A stretch of 57,066 nucleotides of DNA, the filler included, from Stramenopiles sp. TOSAG23-3 (taxonomy: Eukaryota), in assembly GCA_900128585.1 (NCBI GenBank). It is 3 parts of 3 records of this genome, joined end to end, with 100 filler letters (N's around TTAATTAATTAA, not from the genome) between each part and the next. Parts side by side here need not be neighbours in the genome. Positions count along the whole stretch, not along the records: positions 1 to 18,965 come from LT642413.1; positions 19,066 to 38,030 come from LT642414.1; 1 more part is not named here. The stretch is one strand, 5' to 3'. This document shows positions 9,923 through 19,066 of this stretch, piece after piece. The notes beneath the pieces are model-generated. The model was not told the DNA's origin. It worked only from the letters and a program-made list of their open reading frames with translations, and searched no databases. Numbering within the stretch: the stretch's first letter is position 1; each line of letters starts with the position of its first letter. The position numbers and the translations under genes were made by a program.

Positions 9923-10840
9923 ATGGGGAATGACATATGTACGAGCGAGCGAGGGCCGGACACCGAAGAGCAAAAGAAGCGAAAGCAGATAATCATGCAT
10001 TACAACGAAGTCGCTCACGCCGATAATTCGTCCAAGAACGATTTGAGGGAACTTGCCAAGCAGCGTCTGACGAACCAGAAACCAGCGACAGCAGAGGATT
10101 TGAAAGAAGCTTTTCGAAGTTCACTCAGAGCGCGGGGATCAAGCTTGTCAAAAAAAAAGCACAAATCGCTGGGACTCGCGATCGAAACCATTGTGGAAAG
10201 AAGCGAGGAAGACGTAAAAGAGGAAAAAAAGTTTATGAAAAAATGTAAAATAAAGATCGACGCTATCGTAAAATTGGGGTACAATCACTGGGGAACGAAA
10301 GACTACGATGCTGCACAAACGGAATTTGAACGTGCCAGGGACGAATCTTTGAGAGCCCTTAGCATCCTTAAGAAGATGGACAAGAAGAAGCAAAATGATT
10401 CAAAAGGGAAAGCGCGACATAGATGGACGAACGCGGTCAAACTGTTAAAAGAATACCTAGCGCGCGCCTATGGAAATTTGGCACGGTGCATGGAAGGTAA
10501 GAACGACAACGCAGGGGCTATAAAGAATTATTACCCGTGCTTAAAACTTGTCAAGCAGCTAGGCGACCAGGACCGAATGGCGAAAGTGTACAATAACGTT
10601 GCGGTCTCGTACTTGACAATGGGAGAATTCGGCCGATCCCTGCATTTTCATGAAAAAACGCTGGAACTTTACACATCCTTGAACCGCGATACCGAATCGT
10701 TAGAGAAGCGCATAAAGTTTATAAGAGACCGTCGAGCTGCACAGAAAGCCATAAAAGAAACCCAAGACGAAGTGAAGGCAACCATGGATTCGCTACGTTT
10801 AGAAGAAGAAAGGAGGGTTGATGAAGCGTTGAGTTTGTAA
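9923..10840 (+). CDS. TPR-repeat protein with putative N-terminal dual acylation (MGNDIC)
   Basis: TPR consensus segments LARAYGNLARCMEG...AIKNY and MAKVYNNVAVSYLTMGEFGRSLHFHEKTL; Gly2 and Cys6. Confidence 0.8.
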   Translation: MGNDICTSERGPDTEEQKKRKQIIMHYNEVAHADNSSKNDLRELAKQRLTNQKPATAEDLKEAFRSSLRARGSSLSKKKHKSLGLAIETIVERSEEDVKEEKKFMKKCKIKIDAIVKLGYNHWGTKDYDAAQTEFERARDESLRALSILKKMDKKKQNDSKGKARHRWTNAVKLLKEYLARAYGNLARCMEGKNDNAGAIKNYYPCLKLVKQLGDQDRMAKVYNNVAVSYLTMGEFGRSLHFHEKTLELYTSLNRDTESLEKRIKFIRDRRAAQKAIKETQDEVKATMDSLRLEEERRVDEALSL

Positions 10841-11539
10841 CCGTTCGCAAACTTTTGTAATATGGTGCATTTAGGATATAAAAAGAGAGAAGAGTATTAT
10901 CCCGTCAGCAGAGGAAAAGAAGAGAAAAAAGTGATGATAATATATAGGAATATTATATGTATTATAAAAATAATTATAACTACAAATAAAGTTCCCTATC
11001 ATTGTAATATTTTGATACAAAACAATATTGATTCATTTGTAGTTATATATAATTTTATGTAGTGTTAATATATATTCAAAGTTAATATCCGTTTCGATTG
11101 ATACTTCGCTACGACGACTTTATTAAAAAAGAGTATAAAATAACGTTCTGAGCGATGATGTTGTGTGCGTGTTAAATATTATAGAGGGAGCACCTAACAA
11201 CTGCTGTTCAACTAAAAAACGACGGCTGCGTTATAAATTACCAATGATTAAGCTTCTTTCTGGCCCCTGGAACAAGTTTACTTTTGTTTCATCAGAGCAT
11301 TCCTAAAGAAAAGCAACCGCTTCTCTCGCCCTCAGTTTGTTTAAACAGTTATCACAACAAAACATTCCTTTAACACAACGGTTCAGAAAACGGTTTTACT
11401 TTAACTTTAGTTCGACAAACGGAGCTGTCTTGGCAGACGATACTAGAATAAGAATCTCCAGTTCCAGCCACTCAGGGAGTTCGAAATGGAGTAATTAAGG
11501 AGGAACTTCAAGTTAGTTATTTGATACGAAAATTGCATC

Positions 11540-14500
11540 ATGGAGGAGGCAGCTGCACTTGTAGCAGAGCGCCGCGCGCAGGAGGCTGCGGACGCGGAGA
11601 AGGCCAGGGTTGCACGTTTGGAAAAAGCCAGAAAAATGGCAGCAGCAGAAGAGGCTGAAGGCCTGCGGATAATCTATGCAGACTTTGCGAACGCAATGAG
11701 AGTAGGGGACTTTGGGAAAATCTATACGTTCATCGACAGGTTTAGATTGGATATAAACTGGGAAGACACGTATGGGAACACTCCTCTTATTGCCGCATGT
11801 CGATATGGACTGAGGGTGCCAATTATGAAGCTTTGCAGGCGAGGGGCAGAGCCGGACTACGAAAATCAATTTGGAATGACTGCCTTAATAGAAGCTTGTC
11901 GTGGCGGGCACAGCCAACTGTTACCGTTACTAATGTTTGACGACCAAAAGCGGCCCCGCTGCTCCGTCGATCTGGTCAACAAGTGGGGGAAGACGGCCAG
12001 GGACTACGCGATTGAGTGCGGACATTCCATAAAAATTTTGCCTTTGCTCGACGCGAGTCTGGCGGATCAGCAAAAGGCCCTTGATAACATATTTGGAGGC
12101 AAAAAAGATGAAAAGAAAAAGGAAAAGAAGGAGAGAAAGCCGTTTCCAAACCCGGTGAAGATTATGAAGCACCATCTACTATTGCCTTACCGCAAATACA
12201 AAGTGTGGCACTACAAGAAGTACGAGGAAGCAACGGTGCGAGAAAACGCTGCGCTGTTTATCCAACGTTTTTTCCGACGAATGATATCGAAACAGACCGC
12301 CCAAAGAGACATTCAACAAATGATTGCAAAGGCAATAAAGGAAAACCTACGGTTGAAGAAAATGAACTTTTTTATTGTCAAGTTGCAGCGCATATTTCGT
12401 GGCAAGAGGGCGCGCCTTATTGTCGCCGAGATGAGGCGAAGACAAAAGGCTGCAGTTCCAATCCAAGCACTTTGGCGATCGTACATCTACCGAAAAAAAT
12501 TCATGGCCGTGCAGCTGGAGCGGCGGAGAAAAGAGAAATTGCACAGAATGGCGAAGCGAATCCAAGCCATGGTTCGAAGAAAATTAGAATGGTTGCACGA
12601 CATGGACAATCAATATAAAGAGGAATGCGCGGTGATAATACAGAAATACATTCGCGTAAAGTTGGCGAGGATGAAAGTAAAGGTGATGAAGTGGGAACGA
12701 GAGCACAAAATAATAATAGAAAAGCTAGAGGCGACGATTGTGCCTCTGCTCCGCATTGCTACCGCCAACAGAATAAAACATCAAGTGGCGAGTGGGCTTA
12801 AAATAAAAAACTGGATTCGAGAGAAACATCGTCTGACGTTGAAAATGGCACTGTACCGTCGTTTAGTAGCAAGGCGAAAGTGGGCCGCGACCCTTATTCA
12901 AAGGCACATACGGGGGCACTTGGCTCGTGCGTTACGCGACCGTCGGGAAGCTTACCGTCGGCAGCACATAAATGGCCTGCCGAGCGTCTTGCTAGTTAAG
13001 AAATTAGGGACGGGGCACGGTATGGGAAACTCTTACCGCATTGGCCACCCAGACAAGTACGGGTACTGCTCAAAAGAAGGCTGCAACTGCAACAAATATG
13101 GGGTAGCGGATAGCACAAAACCTTTGATTTGTTATTGTGGACATTTTATTACAAACCATGTCGTAGGGATCTTCCGAGACAGCGAAAAGGAAGACTACTA
13201 CATCGCCAATAAGCCGAAACGGACTACTATGAGCACACGGTTCCATATGGCAACGGGAGTAGAGAAAAACTATGATTCGTTTTATAAGTTTCTCAGGCGA
13301 AGCATGACATCAAAAGACTTGCGCCAGTCTCTGAATGCATCAAAGGCACCCGTACAACTCAGTTTGGAGATCCGCAAACCTTCTGTTACGGACTTGCAGA
13401 AATACATTCGCAAAAAGCTAACTTCCCCAAGGTTCCTGGTGGGCGTGGATGTGAAGGACACGGAGTCTCCTAAAGAAAGGAAAGAGCGTTTCATAAGGGA
13501 GCACGTCGAACGCATACGGGGGCAGCGCGAAAAACAAAAATTAGGAAAGAAGAAAGAGGGAGGGTTCGACCCCGTCCCAAAGAAGATAAGAACTGGATTG
13601 TTTAAACCTCAAATGATCACTGCAAAGGACAGAAAACTCCTTTTGAGCGAGGAGGAGAAGGACGAGGTCAAATTCGTTGAATTACAGGCAAAATCTAGCA
13701 TGGAGAGAACAAGCAAGCGGATTAGCAATATCAAACGGCTTGACCAAGAAATTAAATTGACAGAAGCAAACATTAAGAAAATTAAACAGCAAAAGAACTT
13801 TTTGAAAAAGAAAGAAAAGCGGTTGAAAGTGGAAGCCAAGGCTGACCAGGAGCAGTACAAGTTAAAAATTCAAATGCATTTCAAGTCGTTGGAGTTGGAA
13901 GAAATGAAGAAGCGTCCGTTTAAAAACGCTCACACGCAGTTGATGGAAGAGCATGTAAACATTTTGCAGGAACGCAAAAAGCGGATATCTTTTGCTGGTA
14001 TAGATTACGGCTTGGATGATATCAGAATGACGCCAGATGAACCCCAAAAAGAACCACTTGCCTCCACGAAGGAAAAGATAATCAAGGACCAGACTCCTCC
14101 AAGCACCGCAAGCACGGCGGAGGATTACGAACGTTCGGGGAATGTCAGCGAGGGAAAGCCCAACCGTTTACCGAACCGAGGAAAACATGTTCGCAAAAAG
14201 GTGGTAAAAGCAAAATCAAGCGCAGAGAAAAAGAATGACCGAGGAGGGACAGGCGAGAACGGAGCAAATGTGGTTCGAGGTCTTTTCAAAGGCTTAAGCG
14301 ACACTGTATCCTTTAGCAGTAAAGGCATGGACAAGAAAAGAAACGCTCGGTCAGAGAGAAAACGCAAGGTCAAAGCGAAGAAACGACGCGTGGACAAAAA
14401 AGCGGATCTTCTCGACACAGAGTTGTACGAGGATGACTTTCATCCCTACACCAATTTAGACGAGCCGAGAAAAGTTCCGAAGTACGAAACGGTTGTAGAG

Positions 14501-15748
14501 ATGCTGAAAGGTATGGTTGAAAATATGCAAAACACCAGCGCAGCAGCCGAGAAACCGTACGCGCAGATCGTCCCTCAAAACCAAAGCATTCAAGAGTACG
14601 GCGCGCCGATGCGGAAGCACCCGGTTTCGGAAATCCTTCCAAGAGTGAACGATGGCTTCAGTAAACCATTATCTTCAGAAAATGGGTTCAAGACAAAGGC
14701 AAGATGGACCCGATTACCACGAGACAATGGCAACATGAGAACATTGACACCCGATTACGTCAAAGTGGCAGCATCCAAACCATCCGTTAAAACGGCTGCG
14801 AAAACTCCTGACCTGGCACCCCCAAAAGAACCGATGGCAACCTTGGAACTTATTGTTGAGGGAGACAAAGATCGTTTCGAAAGTGATGCAAGACTAGAGA
14901 GCTACAATTCGAAAGAGATTCCAAAAATTCTTAAAGTATTTGAAGGAAGAACCGTCGTTGGCCGTGAAATGGGTTGCGACATTGTACTAGACTCCAAGAT
15001 CCAGTCAAAAATGATAAGCAAGGTTCATGCAATGATTTACGGCAGTTATGACGACGAAGGAAACGCAAAAATGCATTTAGTTGACTGCAACAGTACAAAT
15101 GGAAGCTACGTGAATGGGCAACGTGTCAGCATAGCTAGGGTTAGCATTTTAGACGGTGCAACGATTATGTTTGGAAGGAAGTCGAGAAAGAGGGAGAAGC
15201 GCTCAGAATTAATTTACCAAGTAACTCTGCACAAAAAGATAATCGAGAAGCCTGCGACTCCTGTAAGGCCCATGTCAACGAAACTGTATTCGTATGGTGC
15301 ACCGGACAATGACAGCAACTATTACGCTAGCAGTGCTAACATAAACGCTTACAGAACAATGCGACTTCCAGCGACACCGGAGACCAGCGAAATGCAGTGG
15401 ACTGTTCCGCCGCTGGAAGAACCATTTGAGGAAGACAGGAAAGTATCGGCAACTGTCCCCGAACCGAGAAAGAATTTTCCGTCTATGCTGGTAGTACGTG
15501 CCCCTAGCAGAGGCAGTTTGCTGCATTCCACAGACGATTTGCTATCGAAGGCATGGCCCAAGTCCAATGAATTGAACTGGGTAGTGCGTGGCAGCAGTCG
15601 GCACGGCCGAGTAAGAAGGCGCCTCGTTCGAACGAATCCCGCGCAAACTCGCGGACACAACGGTGAATTTGGGAGCAACAGCCCGATGGCTGGTAGCACG
15701 AGCTATCAGGACGGACCGAACTTAATGCAGAAGTTTGAGACAATGTGA
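11540..15748 (+). CDS. Ankyrin + IQ-motif + FHA domain protein
   Basis: Ankyrin repeats GNTPLIAAC, GMTALIEAC, GKTARDYA; several IQ motifs (IQRFFRR, LQRIFRG, IQALWRS, IQRHIRG); FHA motifs VVGR...SKVHA...DCNSTNGSYVNG. Confidence 0.85.
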   Translation: MEEAAALVAERRAQEAADAEKARVARLEKARKMAAAEEAEGLRIIYADFANAMRVGDFGKIYTFIDRFRLDINWEDTYGNTPLIAACRYGLRVPIMKLCRRGAEPDYENQFGMTALIEACRGGHSQLLPLLMFDDQKRPRCSVDLVNKWGKTARDYAIECGHSIKILPLLDASLADQQKALDNIFGGKKDEKKKEKKERKPFPNPVKIMKHHLLLPYRKYKVWHYKKYEEATVRENAALFIQRFFRRMISKQTAQRDIQQMIAKAIKENLRLKKMNFFIVKLQRIFRGKRARLIVAEMRRRQKAAVPIQALWRSYIYRKKFMAVQLERRRKEKLHRMAKRIQAMVRRKLEWLHDMDNQYKEECAVIIQKYIRVKLARMKVKVMKWEREHKIIIEKLEATIVPLLRIATANRIKHQVASGLKIKNWIREKHRLTLKMALYRRLVARRKWAATLIQRHIRGHLARALRDRREAYRRQHINGLPSVLLVKKLGTGHGMGNSYRIGHPDKYGYCSKEGCNCNKYGVADSTKPLICYCGHFITNHVVGIFRDSEKEDYYIANKPKRTTMSTRFHMATGVEKNYDSFYKFLRRSMTSKDLRQSLNASKAPVQLSLEIRKPSVTDLQKYIRKKLTSPRFLVGVDVKDTESPKERKERFIREHVERIRGQREKQKLGKKKEGGFDPVPKKIRTGLFKPQMITAKDRKLLLSEEEKDEVKFVELQAKSSMERTSKRISNIKRLDQEIKLTEANIKKIKQQKNFLKKKEKRLKVEAKADQEQYKLKIQMHFKSLELEEMKKRPFKNAHTQLMEEHVNILQERKKRISFAGIDYGLDDIRMTPDEPQKEPLASTKEKIIKDQTPPSTASTAEDYERSGNVSEGKPNRLPNRGKHVRKKVVKAKSSAEKKNDRGGTGENGANVVRGLFKGLSDTVSFSSKGMDKKRNARSERKRKVKAKKRRVDKKADLLDTELYEDDFHPYTNLDEPRKVPKYETVVEMLKGMVENMQNTSAAAEKPYAQIVPQNQSIQEYGAPMRKHPVSEILPRVNDGFSKPLSSENGFKTKARWTRLPRDNGNMRTLTPDYVKVAASKPSVKTAAKTPDLAPPKEPMATLELIVEGDKDRFESDARLESYNSKEIPKILKVFEGRTVVGREMGCDIVLDSKIQSKMISKVHAMIYGSYDDEGNAKMHLVDCNSTNGSYVNGQRVSIARVSILDGATIMFGRKSRKREKRSELIYQVTLHKKIIEKPATPVRPMSTKLYSYGAPDNDSNYYASSANINAYRTMRLPATPETSEMQWTVPPLEEPFEEDRKVSATVPEPRKNFPSMLVVRAPSRGSLLHSTDDLLSKAWPKSNELNWVVRGSSRHGRVRRRLVRTNPAQTRGHNGEFGSNSPMAGSTSYQDGPNLMQKFETM

Positions 15749-15946
15749 TAAACGTGTGTGCGAATTTTGACAAAAATCTACTCGCACACTTTCAGTAAAA
15801 AATAAATAATTAGATACTTAGTATGCTTTTAAAAAAAAACAAATTCTATAGTAATGCTTAAAGTATGCTTTTTTATACCCTTTTAAAAAAACAAACCTAC
15901 AATTGTAAGAAGTAAGTCTGTCGTATTATACCGTTTATGCCTTTCT

Positions 15947-17215
15947 TTATTCTCTTAATCGAAAGACAGTCTCCGACAAACATGTAATTATGGCGGCAGC
16001 AAACATAGGAGCTCCGTAAAACGTACGGCCTTTTGACGTCATATAAGAGTAGGTGTTTCCCAGTACAAGTGGTGCCAATACGGCACTGACTGATTTGAAA
16101 TTGGCGATGTAGCCATAAGTCTCCCCCCGACCCCACCCAGCTTTATTTCCTTCTTGTACCAGGATAACCTCTAACCCGTCACGTTTACGGACACCAAAGG
16201 TTAGGAAGAAAAGAGACAGGAGCGTCCCTATTTTATCATTCGAAGTGCTCCAAATAAAAAATCCCAACAAGTTTGCAATATTGCTTTCACTGACGTGGCC
16301 TTCCGTGCCCAAGGCCCCAATCCTTTTCTTAGCAATAATTGCTCCAAGAATGTAGCTGACACCAAAGACTGCGGCAAAACTGCCTCGACGCATTGGCCCG
16401 TATTTGTACACGCTTTCCCATGTCATCTGAGCGTAAGGAAAAATAAACCTGGGCTCTCCAATGCACTGAAGGGCCAAAGATAAAGACGTCGCGGCCATCT
16501 TCCTGCCCTTTTGCAGCAATTTGAAAAACGAGAATGGGCTGATAGAGCTGTCGTATTTCAGTTCTTTTTTGTCACAGTCTTTCAAGGTTTCCTCAAAGTT
16601 TACAGACAGATTGAGTAGGTTCAAAGTGCCGATGAGGGTAGCGACCAAAAAATTTGTTCTACTTCCAAACTTTTTCTGCATGTACGTGCCGAACAAAGGC
16701 CCAAAGACGACACTCAACCCAGCATAAATACCAATTCTAGCGTTTGCCATTCCAAGCTCTTTGCCCGACACCCTATCCGACAGGGCAGCTCGAACGATGG
16801 TAATTATCATCGTATTAAACATTGTGGAAACAATCGTTCGAACACGGAGACAAAGAAGTGATGCTGGGTTTAAATAGACCATAAAGTCCATCAACACGCT
16901 TCCAAACGCACCAATAATTGGAAACGGTTTGCGACCGTACTTGTCGCTCATTTTTCCGAACAAAGGTCCAGTGGCAAACTCCAACATTGCACCAAGGGTC
17001 GAAACCGTCGCGTAGTCACGGGCAGCAAGTGCAGTATTTCCTCCAACGGCCGCAAGTATTGCAGAAGAATTTGCAGAACCACACTGGGTCGTCTGAATAA
17101 CACCAAGAAGAAACGTGCTCCCAATTGTTTTAATTAATTTCTCTACCCTTGCCTGCTCTTCTGGAGTTCTTTCTTTTTCCGCTTCCCCCTTGCCTCTATT
17201 AGAAACTTGCGACAT
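15947..17215 (-). CDS. MFS transporter (DHA1/TetA-, MFSD14-like)
   Basis: Multiple TM helices; MFS motif A GKMSDKYGRKP; motif C-like VFGPLFG. Confidence 0.85.
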   Translation of the reverse strand: MSQVSNRGKGEAEKERTPEEQARVEKLIKTIGSTFLLGVIQTTQCGSANSSAILAAVGGNTALAARDYATVSTLGAMLEFATGPLFGKMSDKYGRKPFPIIGAFGSVLMDFMVYLNPASLLCLRVRTIVSTMFNTMIITIVRAALSDRVSGKELGMANARIGIYAGLSVVFGPLFGTYMQKKFGSRTNFLVATLIGTLNLLNLSVNFEETLKDCDKKELKYDSSISPFSFFKLLQKGRKMAATSLSLALQCIGEPRFIFPYAQMTWESVYKYGPMRRGSFAAVFGVSYILGAIIAKKRIGALGTEGHVSESNIANLLGFFIWSTSNDKIGTLLSLFFLTFGVRKRDGLEVILVQEGNKAGWGRGETYGYIANFKSVSAVLAPLVLGNTYSYMTSKGRTFYGAPMFAAAIITCLSETVFRLRE

Positions 17216-17853
17216 AATTGAAAATCGTACTCGCTGTTGTAACCCTTTTTAGAATTCAATAGGACTTCGTACAATTAATTTATAATCTCCATCACTGTTT
17301 AACATTTTCATCTAATTTTATTCTTTCGCCCATTTTTAATAAAGGAACGGTACATTTAAATATTCAAATGCACAAGAAGATTATTAATTAAAATAGATGT
17401 GGTGGTGGTGATTGAATATCTTCTTCTTCTTCTATATGAGATTATTAAAATAATAAATAAATAAAAAATATTATTATGTGGTGGTAGGTAGGTCGGAAAA
17501 AATCAAAGAACCTCGAAGTCCTCGTAATTGTTGTACTTTTTAAGATTCTTTTAGTAGTATGACCCATTTTCCCTATAAAATATACACATGCTCGTAAACC
17601 AAAGAGAAGATGGCGATGATGATGATGGAATAAATGATCTCCCCGTGTTGAAATTGCCTTTGACGTGAGGTCACGTATACGTAGATCGTACGGTTTGATC
17701 ATAACGGGGGAGAGGGAGCAGGACAAAAATATTCACCGTGAGGACATTGTGTACGGTACGGAAGCTATGACGTAGAATTTTTATAAAACCTAATACCACA
17801 CACACACACGTTTTAAACTTATATACACCCCGCTCCCCCCCGACTAAATTTCG

Positions 17854-18965
17854 TCAACTGTTTCGCTTTTTCCTCTTCTGATGTTCCCCTTCTTCTAGAT
17901 TCTTTCGTTTGGCGCTCGCATCGTCCTGCTTGTTGTTTCGTTTGACCGTCTTGAGGACGTTACCAAACGCTCTGGCTACATCGACCGACCATTCATTTTC
18001 AAAACGGTCCTGGCGAAGCTGCCTGCCTACAACGACAACGTCCGTTACAGTCAACGTCGGCGCCTTTCGCGCCTCTACGTTCACTGCCAAACTCTCAAAG
18101 CTTTCAAGAAGCTCGTCGACGTTCTTTGCAGATCCCAAGCCCTTTAGTGCTGCATTGGCACTCATGACCTTCAGTTCACAATACGTTGGGACTTTGTACG
18201 CTCGCCCTTTCAACGGGTTTCCCCATGGGATAGCAGGGGCATGGGACAAGGTAACCCCTTCGACTTCGCCGCCCTTTTTTATGGAAAAGCGGTAAAAGTC
18301 GGCGCCAAGGCACTCGTTTGGTGAGAAAGTTGCATACCCGATGAGATCAAACTTGCTTGAGAATATGTCGACGTTGGTACCCTCTCCAAGGGTCGCAGGG
18401 TCAACAATCATGCCCTTTGAATCAATGTGTGAGACAAAACCTACGACCATTTCAACGCCTGCACTCTTCCCGACCCAGCTATACTCGTAGGTTCCTTCCG
18501 GCGCCAGGCTAAGGTTCCATTGGATAAATCCAACTACCCAACCCTTGTTTGGGGGACAATCGATTCGTTTTGACTCTGAGTAGGGCACACCGATTCGCGA
18601 GCGAAGGACGTTCAAGTGCATGGACAAGGAGTATCCATACGCCCCTTCGCTATCGATCCAGCTCCCATCCAACGAGTAGTCGTAGTCCTTTGGGTAATAA
18701 TTGGTGGTCCAGCCAGACCCAGAGGGCAAAAATGCTTTGTAGGAAAAGCGTTCGAGCTGTTTGTAATCAACCACCTTTTTATACGCAGCGTCCATATCTA
18801 CAAACAGCCGATCCTTTTCCTCTCGGCTCAGTTCGGTCCCACCACCAAGCCAGTCACAGACTCGGTCGACGGCCACCAAGTTGCTGAGACGACTATACAC
18901 TTCAAAGCCTACCTTGGACCAGAGAATACGGTACACAATATTCTTGAGCGCATCCCTTTCCAAAA
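17854..18965 (-). CDS. Hypothetical protein, 5'-truncated at scaffold end
   Basis: Open for >=369 codons up to the linker (ORF-track start is TTG); basic C-terminus KRKKRNS; no family recognised. Confidence 0.6.
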
Positions 18966-19065
18966 NNNNNNNNNNNNNNNNNNNNNNNNNNNNNNNNNNN
19001 NNNNNNNNNTTAATTAATTAANNNNNNNNNNNNNNNNNNNNNNNNNNNNNNNNNNNNNNNNNNNN
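18966..19065. other. Artificial scaffold-joining linker N44-TTAATTAATTAA-N44
   Basis: Exactly 100 nt with a six-frame stop 12-mer at 19010-19021; identical design at 38031-38130. Confidence 0.97.
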
Positions 19066-19066
19066 C

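Noticed and set aside
11410-11500. tRNA-like GTTCGA motif
   Set aside because: No cloverleaf stems can be formed; no tRNA or rRNA genes were recognised in the window.
19010-19021. TTAATTAATTAA palindrome (also 38075-38086) as a biological site
   Set aside because: It is centred in exactly 44+44 N in both places, which identifies a synthetic six-frame-stop linker.
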